DNA of 64,000 nt from Dictyostelium discoideum (lineage: Eukaryota): positions 5,280,001 through 5,344,000 of the forward strand of contig CM000153.2 of NCBI GenBank assembly GCA_000004695.1, written 5' to 3'. Every line of letters starts with the position of its first letter. Position 1 is the stretch's first letter. Shown piece after piece: positions 12,901-26,427 of this stretch. The notes under the pieces are model-generated. The model was not told the origin of the DNA and did no database searches. It worked only from the letters and a program-made list of their open reading frames with translations. Position numbers and translations under genes: made by a program.

Positions 12901-13320
12901 TAAAAATTGAGAAAAAAAAGTAAAAAAAAAAAGCAATGATTCAAGATATTTTCTAAACATATTTTAATTTATTTTTTTTTTATTTTTTATTTTTTTTTTT
13001 TTTTTTAATCTCATTTTTCATATAATTAAATTAAAAAAATGCAAATTTGTGTGGGTCAGTCAATTTTTTTTTTTTTTTTTTTAATTTTTTTTACTTACAC
13101 TAAATCCATCCACCCAAAAACATTTAATTGTATATTATTATTTAAATAATTATTTTTTTTTTTCTTACTGAATTTTTTTTTTTTTTTTTTTTTTTTTTTT
13201 GTGTGTGTCAAAAATTATAAATTAAAATTTTTTTTTTTTTTATTCCATTATTTTCTATATTTATTTCTTATTTCTTATTTCTTATTTCTATATTTCTTTT
13301 TTCTCACCTTTTTTTCAAAG

Positions 13321-13697
13321 ATGGCCAAATCAAAACCAATAAAAAAAAATGAAGTAACTACACCTGTAAATAACAACAATAACAATAATAATAGTAATAA
13401 TGAAGAAAATGAAGAGATAGATTTAGATGATGTTAAAAAGAAATTTCAAGAATTTAAAATTAAAAATAAACAAAAAAAAGAAGAACATGAAAAAGAGATA
13501 AAAAAGAAATCAACCGAAAATCATGAATCTCATAATGACCATAATGGTGGTGCTCATCACTCTGGCGTAAAGAGATCAAAACCATTGCAACCATTTCCAG
13601 CACTTCACTTTTTCAAAGAATCAAATCCTTCAAAATCTCCAGGTTGGTATTTAGAAAAATGGAGAGAAATGGCTGACCATGAAAAAAAAGTAATTAT

Positions 13698-13764
<67 letters not shown>

Positions 13765-14530
13765 CTTCCATAAACCTATACATATGTATAAGAAAACTAA
13801 TTAATTTTAATTTTATTAATTTTTAAAAAATAATTTCAAAAATTAGCCATTTTATGATTTAGCACAAAAAGATAAAGAAAGATATCAAACCCAAATGGAA
13901 GAATATGAAAAGATTCATAGCTCTATTAACCATCAAAAACCACAAAAAAAACAATTAAAGAAAAAGGTGGAAAGTGGTGGTTCCGATGATGAAGAATCAA
14001 AGAATAATGGTGCACCAAAGAAATTGAGTAAAAAAGAGAAATTGAAAAAAACTCAAGAGGATAAATTAATTGTAAAACAAAATAGATTAAATGGATACAA
14101 AAAAGATGGATGTGATTTAAAAAATGGTGCGTCAACTACCACCACCACTACCACAACTACTTCAAATGTAAAAAACTCTGTAAATAGTAATAATAAAAAG
14201 AAAATTCAAGGTAAGGAAAATGATAGTGAAGATGATAATGAAGATGAAGTTGAAAGTGAGAACTATGATAATGAAGAAGAAGGTGAAGAAGAAGATGATG
14301 ATGATGATGAGGAAGAAGAAGAAGATGATGATGATGAAGATGATGAAGATGATAATGAAGAATCTGGTTCTGAATCTGAAAAAAGTAATAGTGATATATA
14401 TGATGATAGTGTTTTCGTTGACGAGGATGATGGTGATGGTTGGGGTGATATGAAGAGAGGTTTTAAATCTTCACATCACAATTTCAAAGGTGCAAATTGT
14501 GGTGGAAGAAGAATTAAATGGAATAAATAA
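13321..14530 (+). CDS. HMG-box protein with long acidic (D/E) C-terminal tail. Exons join(13321..13689,13847..14530).
   Basis: HMG-box signature KRSKPLQPFPALHFFKESNPSKSPGWYLEKWREMADHEKK | PFYDLAQKDKERYQTQMEEYEK is split by a phase-0 intron (gtaatt...aattag) that contains a ~60-nt poly-T run. The tail is DDDDDEEEEEDDDDEDDEDD. Confidence 0.65.
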
Positions 14531-14659
14531 TTAATTTTCCATAAATTTGTTTTTTAAAATAAATAAAATAAATAATAATAAATACAATAATAATAATTAA
14601 TAATAATAATCGTAAAGTTTATTTTAATTATTTTTTTTGAAATTTTCTTATTAAATTTC

Positions 14660-16282
14660 TTAGTGTTTCTTAACAATATAACTTAATGGTTTGTCTTGTT
14701 GTTGTTGTTGTTGAATTTGGTTAGCATAAAAAACTGGTTGTGGTTGTTGTGGAACAAAACGATATTGTTGTGGTTGTACTTGTTGTGGTACAGAAATGAA
14801 ATAAGATTGCACAACTGGTGATTTATATGCAGATGGAATGATGATTGTAGATTTGTTAACAGTGTCATTATTTAATTTTGATAATAATGGTTGCTTATTA
14901 TAGAATGATTGCGATGATGGTGATTTGGAACCTCTTGAAACAGTTACATAATGAGAAATTAAGAGCATAGCACAATCACTTAAAAAGAACCATGCATAAC
15001 TTGAAGAGAAATGAGCACCAAAGTGAGCACACCATTTAGAAGAGAATAAAGTAATTGATAAACCAACTCCACCAACTAAACCAGCGAATAATAACCAAAA
15101 TATTGATTTCAAGTTCTTTCTTTTAGCCAAATAGATAATTTGTAAAATTAAATAAACACCACATGAAACGGCAACAACTGCTTCATAAAGTACTAATGCC
15201 CAAACACGTGGATCACTTGAATAATATAATCCATAAACCCAACTAATTAACAAAATAATTGAATTGAATAATAAAATAATTTTAGTTTTTGTTTCTTTTG
15301 GATTAATAATTCCAACATCTGCCAAACCACAATATAAAAAGAATGTTCCAACTGTTGATGTTAAATCAACATCTGCGACTGAAACAAACTTTTTTAAAAA
15401 ATGAAAATAAAGAAATAAATAAATTTAATATTAATAAAATTTTAAAAATAAATAAATAAATTAAATTAAATTTATATAAAATAAAAACACACTTACATCT
15501 CTAAGTTTTAAGTAAAAGTTACTTGATAATGAATCTGCTAACATTGCAAATGTCATCATAATACCATACATTAAAAATGTGACAGAATATAAATAGTTAC
15601 AATTATATTTTTTAAATAATTTAAATCTACTAACACCAATATATAATGCCCATAAACATAATGGAACTAAAAATGGATCATAAATTTTATAACCCCAAAC
15701 TGTAATCCAATCATAGCAAAGTCCATCATCTGATGATGATCCAGTACTTGGGCTAGATGATGATGATGATGATGGTGAGGTACTACTACTACCACCACTA
15801 ATACTACCACTACCACTATAACTACTACCACTATAGCTGCTACCACTATAGCTACTGCTATCACTATAGCTGCTACCACTTACACTTCCACTTAAACTTT
15901 CACTTGCACTTGTAATCATTGAAGTGATAAAACTTGAAATTACTGATCCTGAATATGATGATCCTGAATGTTCTGATGATCCTGTTGTGGTAGTAGAAAT
16001 TGTTGTAGTTGATGAAATTGTTGAAGTTGTTGATGTAAAACTTGGAGTTGGTGTACTTGTAGTACTAGTTACTGTACCACTTGATTGGCCAGTACCACCA
16101 GTACTTGAAATAGTTGAAATACCACCTGATCCACTTCCACTTCCACTACCTTTTATTTTTTTTTTATTTTTTATGTTTTTTAAAAAATGAAAAATTAGAA
16201 ATTTCAAATAAAATTAAAAATTAAGATAGAAAAAATAAATCTTACTGGCACCAAATCCTGATACAAAATCAAAATTATCCAT
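14660..16282 (-). CDS. Multi-pass transmembrane protein with an extracellular S/T/G-rich region. Exons join(complement(16246..16282),complement(15497..16149),complement(14660..15388)).
   Basis: Exon 1 MDNFDFVSGFGA ends at a gtaag donor (phase 1). Exon 2 encodes the GSGSGSG/ST-rich region and two hydrophobic helices, ending at ...KLRD|gtaagt. Exon 3 (FVSVADVDLTSTVGTFFLYCGLADVGIINPK...) has several more TM helices and a QP-rich tail. All phases are consistent. Confidence 0.45.
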
Positions 16283-17503
16283 AATTATATAAAAAAAAAA
16301 ATATTGGTTGAAAAAAAAAAAAAGGTGAGAAATGTTTTTTTTTTTTGTTGTGAAAAATGTTGAAGGCTGGAAAAAAAAAATTTTGAAAAAACAGTACGAA
16401 AATATCTGAAATCACCTTTTTTTTATTTTTTTCTTATTTTTTATTTTTTTTGTATTTTTTATTTTTTATTTTTTATTTTTTAATATTTTAATTATTTTTG
16501 TATTTTTTAAAATTTTAATCAAAATCAATAAAATATCATCAAATCTAATTTTGTAATTTAATTTTTTTTTTTTTTTTTTTTTTTTTTTCTTTTTTACAAC
16601 TTCAATAATTTTTTGAGGCCATTACCATAAATGTTTTTTTTTCAAAAAGCAAAGATTCGCGAATCTTTTCAAAAAATTTTATAAATATCAACAATAAAAA
16701 TTAAAAAAATAGAAATGTTTGAGGACATTTCAAATTTTTTGATGTTGGTGCTATTGGTACGTTATTTTTTTTCAGATGACTCTTTAAATTTATCAGGTTA
16801 AAAAAAAAAAAAACAACAATGCCATTGATTTATCTTTTTCCCAAATATTTTCTCCTCCCACAATTTTAATATAATTTTATTTTTGAGAAAATCAAAACAA
16901 AATTATTACAATAATTTTTAAATAGATATATTTTCGTGTTTACACGCCATTGTACAATGCTAAAATTTTTTTTTTTATCTTTACCCTGGTACAAATTAAA
17001 TTACCACCAAACTTCTCCAATGATTAATTTACTTTATAATTATTTTATTTTATTTTATTTTATTTTTTTTTTATTTTTAATTTTTTTTTTTTTTTTTTTT
17101 TCATAATTATTTTTAAACCAATTATAAACTATTTATAAATCAATATTTGTTTTCTTACTTTTTATTTTTGTTTTTGTTTTGTTTTTTTTTTTTTTTTTTT
17201 TAGTAATAAAAGGTCGGAATTTGTGAAAGTACGTTACATTTGTTTTGAAAAAAAGATATTTTAAAAATTTTCTTCAAAATAAAAAAAAGTTTTTCGAAAT
17301 TTAAAACCAACCAATTTTTTTGTGTACAAAACTAGATATCACCCAAAGGTTATTTTTTTTTTTTTTCTTTTTTTTTTTTTTATTTTTGCTTTTTTATTTT
17401 TTATTTTTTATTTTTTATTTTTTTTTTTGAAAAAAAAAATATCAACTTTTTCATCTTTATAATCAATCATATTTTAAATATATAATACATGTTGTATCAC
17501 TAG

Positions 17504-17534
<31 letters not shown>

Positions 17535-17549
17535 TCTTTTTAAATATTT

Positions 17550-17621
17550 CCTAAACACAAAAATAATAATTTATATTCCCTAAACACAAAAATAATAATT
17601 TTTCACACACCCACCAAATTT
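17550..17621 (+). promoter_or_regulatory. Candidate promoter elements upstream of the G-alpha gene: a 23-bp direct repeat (CCTAAACACAAAAATAATAATTT x2) and a CA-rich element TTCACACACCCACCAAA.
   Basis: Direct repeat at 17550..17572 and 17579..17601. The CACACACCCACC motif at 17603..17621 resembles Dictyostelium G-box/CA-rich elements (GBF sites) and sits ~30 bp upstream of the ATG at 17647. Confidence 0.35.
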
Positions 17622-17646
17622 AAAAAAATATTGAATAAATTAAAAA

Positions 17647-19535
17647 ATGGATTTCAATCCAGTACCACCACCAAGAGAAACACTCAGAGCTTATTTATCA
17701 AAAAAAGGACATGGTAGGAATTATATATATATAAAAAAAAAAAAAAAAATAAAGATCTAACATATATTAACATTTTTTTTTTTTTTTTTTAAAAATGAAA
17801 AAAGTTGTGAAAAATTGGAAATTAAGATTATTTGTATTAAAACCAGGTTCTAGTTATATGGAATATTTTGTAGATGAAACAGTAAGTTTAATTTTAATAT
17901 TCCAATTTAATTTTATTTTATTTTTTTATAAATCCTGATTTTTTTTTTTTTTATATTTTTTTTTAGAAAGAACAACAACATTTACCACAAGGTAGAGTAC
18001 CATTATATGGTACTAGAGTTATGGAATATGTATATAATAGTAATAATAATCCAAGAGAATTTTGTTTATCAGTAGAGACAGAAAATAAGAATTGGATTAT
18101 TTCAACAGGATCAAAAGCACAACAATTGGAATGGATTGAAGCAATTAAACATGCCATAGAGTCAGCAGTTGAAACAGACGAAATTAAATTACAAAAACAT
18201 AAATCAATTGAAAAACAGTTACAATTGGATGGTAAAAATAAAAATAAAATTCCAGTTTTAAAATTATTATTACTTGGTACTGGTGAATCTGGTAAATCAA
18301 CAGTTGTAAAACAAATGAAAATTTTACATCATAAAGGTTTCTCAAAAGAGGAGGAAGAATTTTATAGGAATTTAATTTATATAAATCTATTGGATGGTAT
18401 GGCATTACTCATTCATGTAATCAAAGAAAATAATATAGAAATTCCACAAGAAACTTTATCAGCAATTAAAAATTATAGTTCATGGTATAGAGTTTATATT
18501 GAAAAAAGAAATAAAAATGGTATTAGAAATAATCCAATTGGTTCAATGATACCAATTTCAATTTTAAATAATAATAAAGATAATAATAATAGCAATAGTA
18601 GTAGTTTAAAAAATAATAGTGGTGGTAGTTCAAGTAGTGAATTAGATAAAAAAATGACACATCTTAGTTTAGATGGATCAACTTGTATAAATTCAAATTC
18701 TGCTTCACCAAATGGACCATCATCATCTACAACAACATCAACAATAAATACACACAATCGTTCAAATAGTGATGGATCAAGTAATAATATATTTAATGTT
18801 CAAGATTTTGGAATTCCACCAATAATTACAAATTATATATCAACGATTTGGTCGGATCCAGTTGTACAATCAGAGGTGATGTTACAAGCTCAAAAGTATC
18901 ATATTAATGAATCCACTCAATATTATTTGAATGAGATAAAGAGAATAGGTAAACCAACATACCAACCTGTAAATTTAGATATCCTAAAATCACGTGCAAC
19001 TACCAATGGTGTGGTTGAAACTGATTTCAATGTAAATGGTGAAGTTATATTTAGAATTGTTGATGTTGCAGGTCAACGTGGTGAAAGAAAGAAATGGATA
19101 AACTTTTTCGATGATGTAACTGCAATAGTTTTCGTTGCAGCTATAAATGAATACGATCAGAAATTGGTCGAAGATAATTGTACCAATAGACTTCATGAAA
19201 GTTTGAATCTATTCGATTCGATTTGTAATGATTCAACTTTTCCAAAGACTTCAATCATATTATTCTTAAATAAAATCGATCTTTTCCGTGAGAAATTAAA
19301 AAGAACCTCAATCAATATTTGTTTTCCAGATTATAATGGTGATCAATCTTATGAAAAATCTTCAAATTATATAAAGAATAATTTTCTTTCAAAGAAAAAA
19401 GGTGGTAATGGTATAAATTCTCAAAATTTTATTTATTTCCATTTCACATGTGCCACTGATACTAAAAGTTTTGAAACAGTTTTTAATTCTGTTAGAGATA
19501 TTATAATTTCAAAAACTTTAGAATTTTATTGTTAA
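17647..19535 (+). CDS. Heterotrimeric G-protein alpha subunit with an N-terminal PH domain and an N/S-rich insert. Exons join(17647..17713,17805..17881,17967..19535).
   Basis: G-alpha motifs KLLLLGTGESGKSTVVKQMKILH (G1), RATTNGVVE (switch I), DVAGQRGERKKW (G3), FLNKIDLF (G4) and TCATDT (G5). Two short exons plus the start of exon 3 encode a PH-domain-like module (AYLSKKGH|VVKNWKLRLFVLKPGSSYMEYFVDET|KEQQHLPQGRVPLYGTRVMEY...NWIISTGSKAQQLEWIEAIKHAI). Intron phases are 1 and 0 with donors gtagga and gtaagt. Confidence 0.75.
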
Positions 19536-19967
19536 ATTATTATTTTTTTAAAAAAAAAATAAATAAATAAATTAAAATTTTTTAAAAAATAATAATAATA
19601 ATAATAATTGATTGAATTGGTTTTTTAAAATTTTTTTTTTTTTTTAAATGTTTTTATCAACACAAACAAAATAAAAAATAAATAAATTTATTAAATTTTA
19701 AATAAAAAATAAAAAATAATCTAATTGAACTGATTTCAAATTTTTTTTTATTTATTTTAAATCTATTTTTTTAAATAAAATCTAGTCCAGTGAAATAAAA
19801 TAATAAACAAATGTTTTTATCCACACCATTATTTAACACATCGAAATATTTTATCTTTTTTTTTTTTACTTTTTTTCAATTTTTTTTTTTTCGCTTATTT
19901 ATTTTTATTTTTTTATTTTTCATTTATTTTCATTTAATTTATTTATTTATTTATAAAAAATAAAAAA

Positions 19968-20791
19968 ATGGCATCAGTTGAATCAAAAGTACAAGAATCA
20001 AAGAAACTTTATGATGAATTAAACTTAATTTTTATTAATAATCCTGAAATGTATGTCTTTTATATTAACATTATTATTTACTCTTTATTTATTAACTAAC
20101 ATTTTTTTTTTTTTTCCTTTTGAAAAAGTAATGAGATTGGATTTGTAATGTCATCAAAAGATTATGATGGATTAGAGAATAAACCATTTGTATTAGTTGA
20201 AAATAAATTAGGTATTTCATTTCAATGGATGATAAAATTATATTCATATGCATTAACATACTTTACAGAATTAAAATCAGCATTTGAAAAGAAAATGAAT
20301 GATTTACCAGAAAGACATCAACAATTATTAGTTAATGAATTATTACAAGCAACTAGAAATGTATTATTAATTAATGCTGAAAATTTAACTGCTTTAAATT
20401 TAAGGTAAATAATAAACTACTATGTTATTATTATCAATTATATTTAAATATATATATATATAAATATTTAACTTTTTTTTTTTTTTTTAATATCTATTTA
20501 TATATATATATATAGGAAAGAATTAATAAATTTAAAATATATTAAACATAAAGATGAAATTTCATTATTAAATTTAATATTTACAAAACATCCAAAAAGT
20601 GGTGAGGGATGGGCACATAGAAAATGGGTTATAACAGATTATTTTAAAAAAACAGGTGATTATCTTGATTATGAAATTGAATTAGCAGTTTGTAAAAGAG
20701 TTGCTGAAATTTATCCTAAAAATTATTATTCTTGGACTCATAGATGGTGGATTTTACAACATTTATCAGTTGATATTGTAAGTTTATCTCA

Positions 20792-20822
<31 letters not shown>

Positions 20823-21359
20823 TTATAAAACTAATTTCAATCTTATTTATTATTATTATTATTAATTATTAATTATTTAGATTTTAAAAGATTTAGAAAC
20901 TATGGAAGATTGGGTTAAAAGAAATATTTCAGATTATTGTGGATATCATCATAGATATTTAATATTGACACATTTATTTAATAAATGTTATAATAGTAAT
21001 GATGATAATAATAATAATGAAAGTAAAAGTGAAGAGAATTCAAACGAAATGAAAATTCATAAGTTATGGGAAGACGAATTTAATTTTATTCATAAAATAA
21101 TTAATTTATATCCAGGTCATGAATCATCTTGGTCATATAAGAGAGTTTTAACATTATTTTGGTTACAAATTGCACAACCAATAGTTTTTCAACGTAACAT
21201 TTCAACAACTGTACCAATTACATCATTACAACAAGAATCTCAATTTGTTGATTCAATTTTAGAAGATATCGACTCATCATATTATGAACAACAAAAATCT
21301 TTTGCTCAAAGATATTTACTTTCAATTTATGAAGTATGTATTTTTTATAACTTTATAAA

Positions 21360-21444
<85 letters not shown>

Positions 21445-21629
21445 GGTATTAATTTTATTTTTAATTTTATTTTTAATTTTAGTTAAAATTTAAAGATAGT
21501 GCAGATTTTTCAATTGATATTGATCAAGTAAAAAATAATTATAGTATAATTATAAATGACTTAAAAATTTCTTTCCCAAACCAATTAAAGGTTTGGGAAT
21601 ATAAATTAAACCAATTCGTTGGTCAATAA
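19968..21629 (+). CDS. Protein prenyltransferase alpha-subunit repeat protein (PTAR1-like). Exons join(19968..20050,20129..20404,20516..20777,20881..21333,21483..21629).
   Basis: PPTA-type repeats with W..HR.W spacing (GWAHRKWVI, SWTHRWWIL, GYHHRYLIL, SWSYKRVL). There are four AT-rich introns with gtatgt/gtaaat/gtaagt donors and consistent phases. The last intron holds an 84-bp (tta)n microsatellite that the track reads as polyLeu. Confidence 0.6.
21361..21443. repeat. (TTA)n microsatellite, ~28 units, inside the last PTAR1 intron
   Basis: Perfect ttattatta... run. Confidence 0.9.
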
Positions 21630-21861
21630 AATTATTTATTATAATCAGAAATATGTACTTAAAATTTTACCCCACTCTTTTTTATTGTTTTTTATAATTA
21701 AATCTTTTTTTTTCAATTGAAAAAAAAAAAAAAAAAAAAAAAAAAATTAAAATAATAATAATAAATTATAAATCCAATGAAAATCAAAACATTTCATTGT
21801 CTATTATATTGCTTTACCATTAAATATTAAGCGCGGTTGATCTCTATTCCAAAATAATAAT

Positions 21862-21920
<59 letters not shown>

Positions 21921-22007
21921 GTTTGGATATTTTCATAAATAATTTTTTTTTTTTATTTTCTTTTTTTTTTTTCGTGTCTCGTTTTTTCATTTTCATAAAT
22001 TTATTAT

Positions 22008-22043
<36 letters not shown>

Positions 22044-22046
22044 AAA

Positions 22047-23965
22047 ATGATAAATAGATTAAATAGATTATGTAAAAAAAATATATTAAATAATATTTTA
22101 AATAATAACAAAAATGTTAGTAATAGAATAATAAATAGGTTTTATTGTAATTTAAATACAACAAATCTAAAAATAAATAATGATAATAATTTAAAAGAAA
22201 GTATTAGAGAAAAAATTAAAGATATACCAAGTTTAAATGAATTTTTAAGAAATAGTAATAATGAAATTAATGAAAATAATGAAAATAAAAGTAAAATTGA
22301 AACTGAAGAAGAATATGAATTACCACCATATTTATCATCATTACCAAATGATAAAGGTAATGGTAGAAAAGTTTGGATTGAAACCTATGGTTGTCAAATG
22401 AATGTTAGTGATGAAGAAGTTATTTGTTCAATTATGAAATCATCAGGATATACTATTTCAAATGATTTCAATACTGCTGATATTGTATTTTTAAATACAT
22501 GTTCAATTAGAGAGAATGCAGAAGCAAAGATTTGGTTACGTTTAACCGAGTTGAGAGCAATTAGAAGAAAACAAGGTAGACCAAATTTAATAGTTGGTGT
22601 TTTAGGTTGTATGGCAGAACGTTTAAAAGAGAAATTATTAGAGTCTGATATGAAAGTTGATATAGTGGTTGGACCTGATGCATACAGATCATTACCATCA
22701 TTATTGGCAACACTCGAAGATGGTGAGCAACAAACTGCAATCAATGTAATATTATCAGCTGATGAAACTTATGCTGATATTAAACCAGTTAGAAAATCTG
22801 ATAATCAAGTTTCAGCATATGTTTCAATTATGAGAGGTTGTAATAATATGTGTTCCTATTGTATTGTACCATTTACAAGAGGTAGAGAAAGAAGTAGACC
22901 AATTGATTCAATACTTAGAGAAGTTAAAGATTTATCTGATCAAGGTTTTAAAGAAATTACTTTATTAGGTCAAAATGTTAATTCATTTAATTATTATGAA
23001 GAATCAAATAATAATAATAATGAAAATTTTATTGATACTCAAAAAAATAAATTAGAATTGGAATCATTAAAACCAAGAGAAGGTTTTAAAACAATTTATA
23101 AATCACCAAAAAAAGGTATAACATTTACAAAATTAATGGAATTAGTTTCAAAAGTTGATCCTGAAATTAGAATTAGATTTACAAGTCCACATCCAAAAGA
23201 TTTTCCAGATGATGTAAATATTATTATTTATTTATTTATATATATATATATATTTTAGTTAATTGATTTATTAATTAATTTTTTTTTTTTTTTTTTTTAA
23301 TAATTTAGTTATTAGAATTAATTAAAAATCAACCAAATATTTGTAAACAATTACATATACCAGCACAAAGTGGTAGTAGTAAAGTATTAGAATCAATGAG
23401 AAGAGGATATACTAGAGAAAGTTATATAGAATTAATTGATACAATTAAAAGAGTATTACCAGGTTGTGCAATTTCATCAGATTTTATTAGTGGATTTTGT
23501 GGTGAATCAGATCAAGATCATAATGAAACAATATCATTAATGGAATATGTTGGATATGAGAATGCATTCATGTTTATGTATTCACTTCGTGAGAAAACTC
23601 ATGCACATCGTCAATTGAAAGATGATGTTCCAACAACACTTAAAAACTCAAGATTAACTCAAGTTGTAGATACATTTTACAAAAGATTAAAAGAAAAGAA
23701 TCAATTGGAGATTGGTAATCATCATTTAGTTTTAGTGGATGGTTTTAGTAAAAGATCAGAAAAAGATTTCGTTGGTAGAACTGATACCAATAAAAAAGTT
23801 TTAATCAGTAATGATATTGAAAATCAAGATATTAAAGTTGGTGAATATTATATAGTAGAAATTATAAAAGGTGATTCTGAAGTTACCTTAAAAGGTAAAC
23901 CAATTATGAAATCTTCAATTCAACATTTTAATAATATTTATAATCATAAAAATAAATTTATTTAA
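22047..23965 (+). CDS. CDK5RAP1/MiaB-like tRNA methylthiotransferase (radical SAM), probably mitochondrial. Exons join(22047..23213,23309..23965).
   Basis: MTTase N-domain [17 protein letters not shown]. Radical-SAM CxxxCxxC motif [21 protein letters not shown]. The phase-0 gtaaat intron is followed by [23 protein letters not shown] (TRAM-proximal region). The N-terminus is a basic presequence. Confidence 0.75.
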
Positions 23966-23984
23966 AAAAAAAACTAAAAATAAA

Positions 23985-24015
<31 letters not shown>

Positions 24016-24054
24016 ATAATACATTTATAATTTTTTTTTTTTTTAATTTTATTA

Positions 24055-25096
24055 TTATAATTTATAAAATTTGGTAGATTTTAATCTCCATAATTGATTA
24101 CAAAACTTTTCAACTTTTAATATTACATAATGACCAGATCTTAATGAACCTGGATTACAAACATATGTTTTACCAACTTTTGCTAATCCAGTTGAATGAT
24201 GTGTATGTCCATGAATATTTAAAAATATTTGTTGTTGCTTTTTTTATAAAAGTGAAAAAATAAAATTAGTATAATCATTATTATTTATTAATAATAATAA
24301 TATAATATTATAATATTATTAATAATTACATTTTCTTTAATAATATTTTCAATTGATTTACTACCAGAATAAATTGGAGATATTGAAAGATCAATTTGAT
24401 CGATTGTAGTATAACAATTATATGGTCCCATATGAGTTAATAGAATGATTTTATCTTTTGAATTAATTGTATCTTTGAATTTAAAAGATTGATTTAAATC
24501 TAATAAAACTTGTTTTTCATCATTATCAGCACCATTTGAGTAATCATAGGGATAACCAGTCCAATGTGGTTTATTATCACAATAGGATGGTAAACTACCA
24601 CCCAAACCTACCAATACTAAATCATCATCTAATCTAAAGTTACCCTTGTGAATATTATATGATCTATCGGTAAGTTTTGGTACTTTTGATTCTAAATTAT
24701 TACTTTCAAATAAAAGAGTGGTTTTTGAATCATGATTTCCTGGTACATATAATATATCAACTGATGGTACAATCTCATGTAATGCTTTAAATATTTCTGT
24801 CATTTCTTTTTCACATTCTTCAACTTTCTCTAAATCATTACTATTTACTGGATCAAAATTACATACATCACCACCACATATTATTAAATCTATTCTATTG
24901 ATTTTTTTTTATTATTTTAATATTAATAATAATAATCATTTTTTTATTATTTATTATTTATTATTTATTATTTATTATTTATTATTTATTATTTCTTTTT
25001 TTACTTTTTATTATTTATCTTTTCCCCTAATTTCTTTATATTTGTAAATGATAAATGAATATCACTAACAATTAGTATATTAATTTCCCTATTCAT
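24055..25096 (-). CDS. Calcineurin-like metallophosphoesterase. Exons join(complement(25005..25096),complement(24330..24894),complement(24055..24237)).
   Basis: Motif I is in exon 1 (MNREINILIVSDIHL). Motif II/III is in exon 2 (IICGGDV...YVPGNHD). The GHTH motif is in exon 3 (NIHGHTHHS). Intron phases are 2 and 0 with donors gtaaaa and gtaatt. The track shows only ORF 24288..24803. Confidence 0.65.
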
Positions 25097-25569
25097 TTTT
25101 AATTGGTATATTTGTGTATATTAAAAAAAAAAAAAAGAAAAAGAATGTAATTTTATTTTCTTTTCAAATCAAAAAAAAAAAAAAAAAAAAATATTTTCCA
25201 CTAAAACATTTCCCAAAAAAAAAATTGGTTTGAAAAAAATAACACATTTTCATGTTTTTAAAAAAAAAAAAAAAAATTAAATTAATTCAAAATTTGCCAC
25301 CAAATTATTTTTTTTTTTTTTCAAACAAATTTTTTTTTTTTTTTTAAAAAAAAAATAATGACTGATTTAAGGAAAATTAAGAGAATTGAATTCAATGAAA
25401 CCAAAAATTAATTCATTTTTTTTATTTTTTTGTTTTTTTTTTTTAACTAAAAATTTGGTTGAATTCAATTTTAGACAAAAAATTTTTTTTTTATTTTATT
25501 TTTTTTTATTTTTCATTTTTTATTTTTCATTTTTAGTTTTTTCGATTTTTTTTTTTTTTTTTTAATCAA

Positions 25570-26364
25570 ATGGATAATAAAAAAGAAACAGCACCAAAAA
25601 TAATAAATAAAGAAGAAATTTTTTTTAAAATTTGGAGGAATATATCAATAAGAAATGAAATTCTATATCATTTAAGATTATATAATATACATTTAAATAA
25701 TGAAATTGAATTTTATAATTTTTATAGAATTCCCAAATATAAATATAAAAATTATTTAAATAAGATTAAAGTAGCAAGATGTCATAGCTTTTCTGAACAA
25801 ATTCAATATGGCATTAGTGAAATTTCATTTAATTTTTTAAAGTTATCATCATTTGATGAAAATACAATTCCAACATCAATACATACTATTAATTTTGGTA
25901 TTCGTTGTGAATTTGATAAAATTAATGTAATACCAAATAGTGTGAAAACAATCAAATTTAGAGATTTAGAAAGTGAATCTTTAAAAATTGGTATATTACC
26001 ATCAAGTTTAACTTGTATTAAATTTAATGATGAATATAATCTACCAATTCAATCTGGAGTATTACCATCAACTATTAAATCAATTGAATTTGGAGATTCC
26101 TTTAATCAATCAGTAAAAGGTGATTGGATACCACAAAATATTGAATCATTAAAATTTGGTAAAGAATTTATGCAACCAATTGAAGATATTAATCAATATT
26201 TACCAAAATCAATAACATCTTTAATTTTACCAATTAGATACCTTAATGAACCAATCAATTTTAATTGGAAACTATCACATCAATCTTCAAATGATTTATT
26301 TTATTATGATTTAAATAAATCATTAATTTTAAATAAAACAAAACCAAAATTAATAGAACAAATA

Positions 26365-26427
<63 letters not shown>

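Noticed and set aside
13201-13320. 5' extension of ORF 13201..13773 (MCVKNYKLKFFFFLFHYF...)
   Set aside because: T-rich 5' UTR/promoter read-through. The ATG at 13321 with MAKSKP is the credible start.
14220-14453. ORF 14220..14453 (+) M/K-rich
   Set aside because: Alternative frame across the GA[TA]/GAA acidic-tail repeats of the HMG-box gene.
15667-16190. ORFs 15667..15879 (-) and 15924..16190 (+)
   Set aside because: Alternative or antisense frames over the S/T/G-rich repeat coding region of the transmembrane protein gene.
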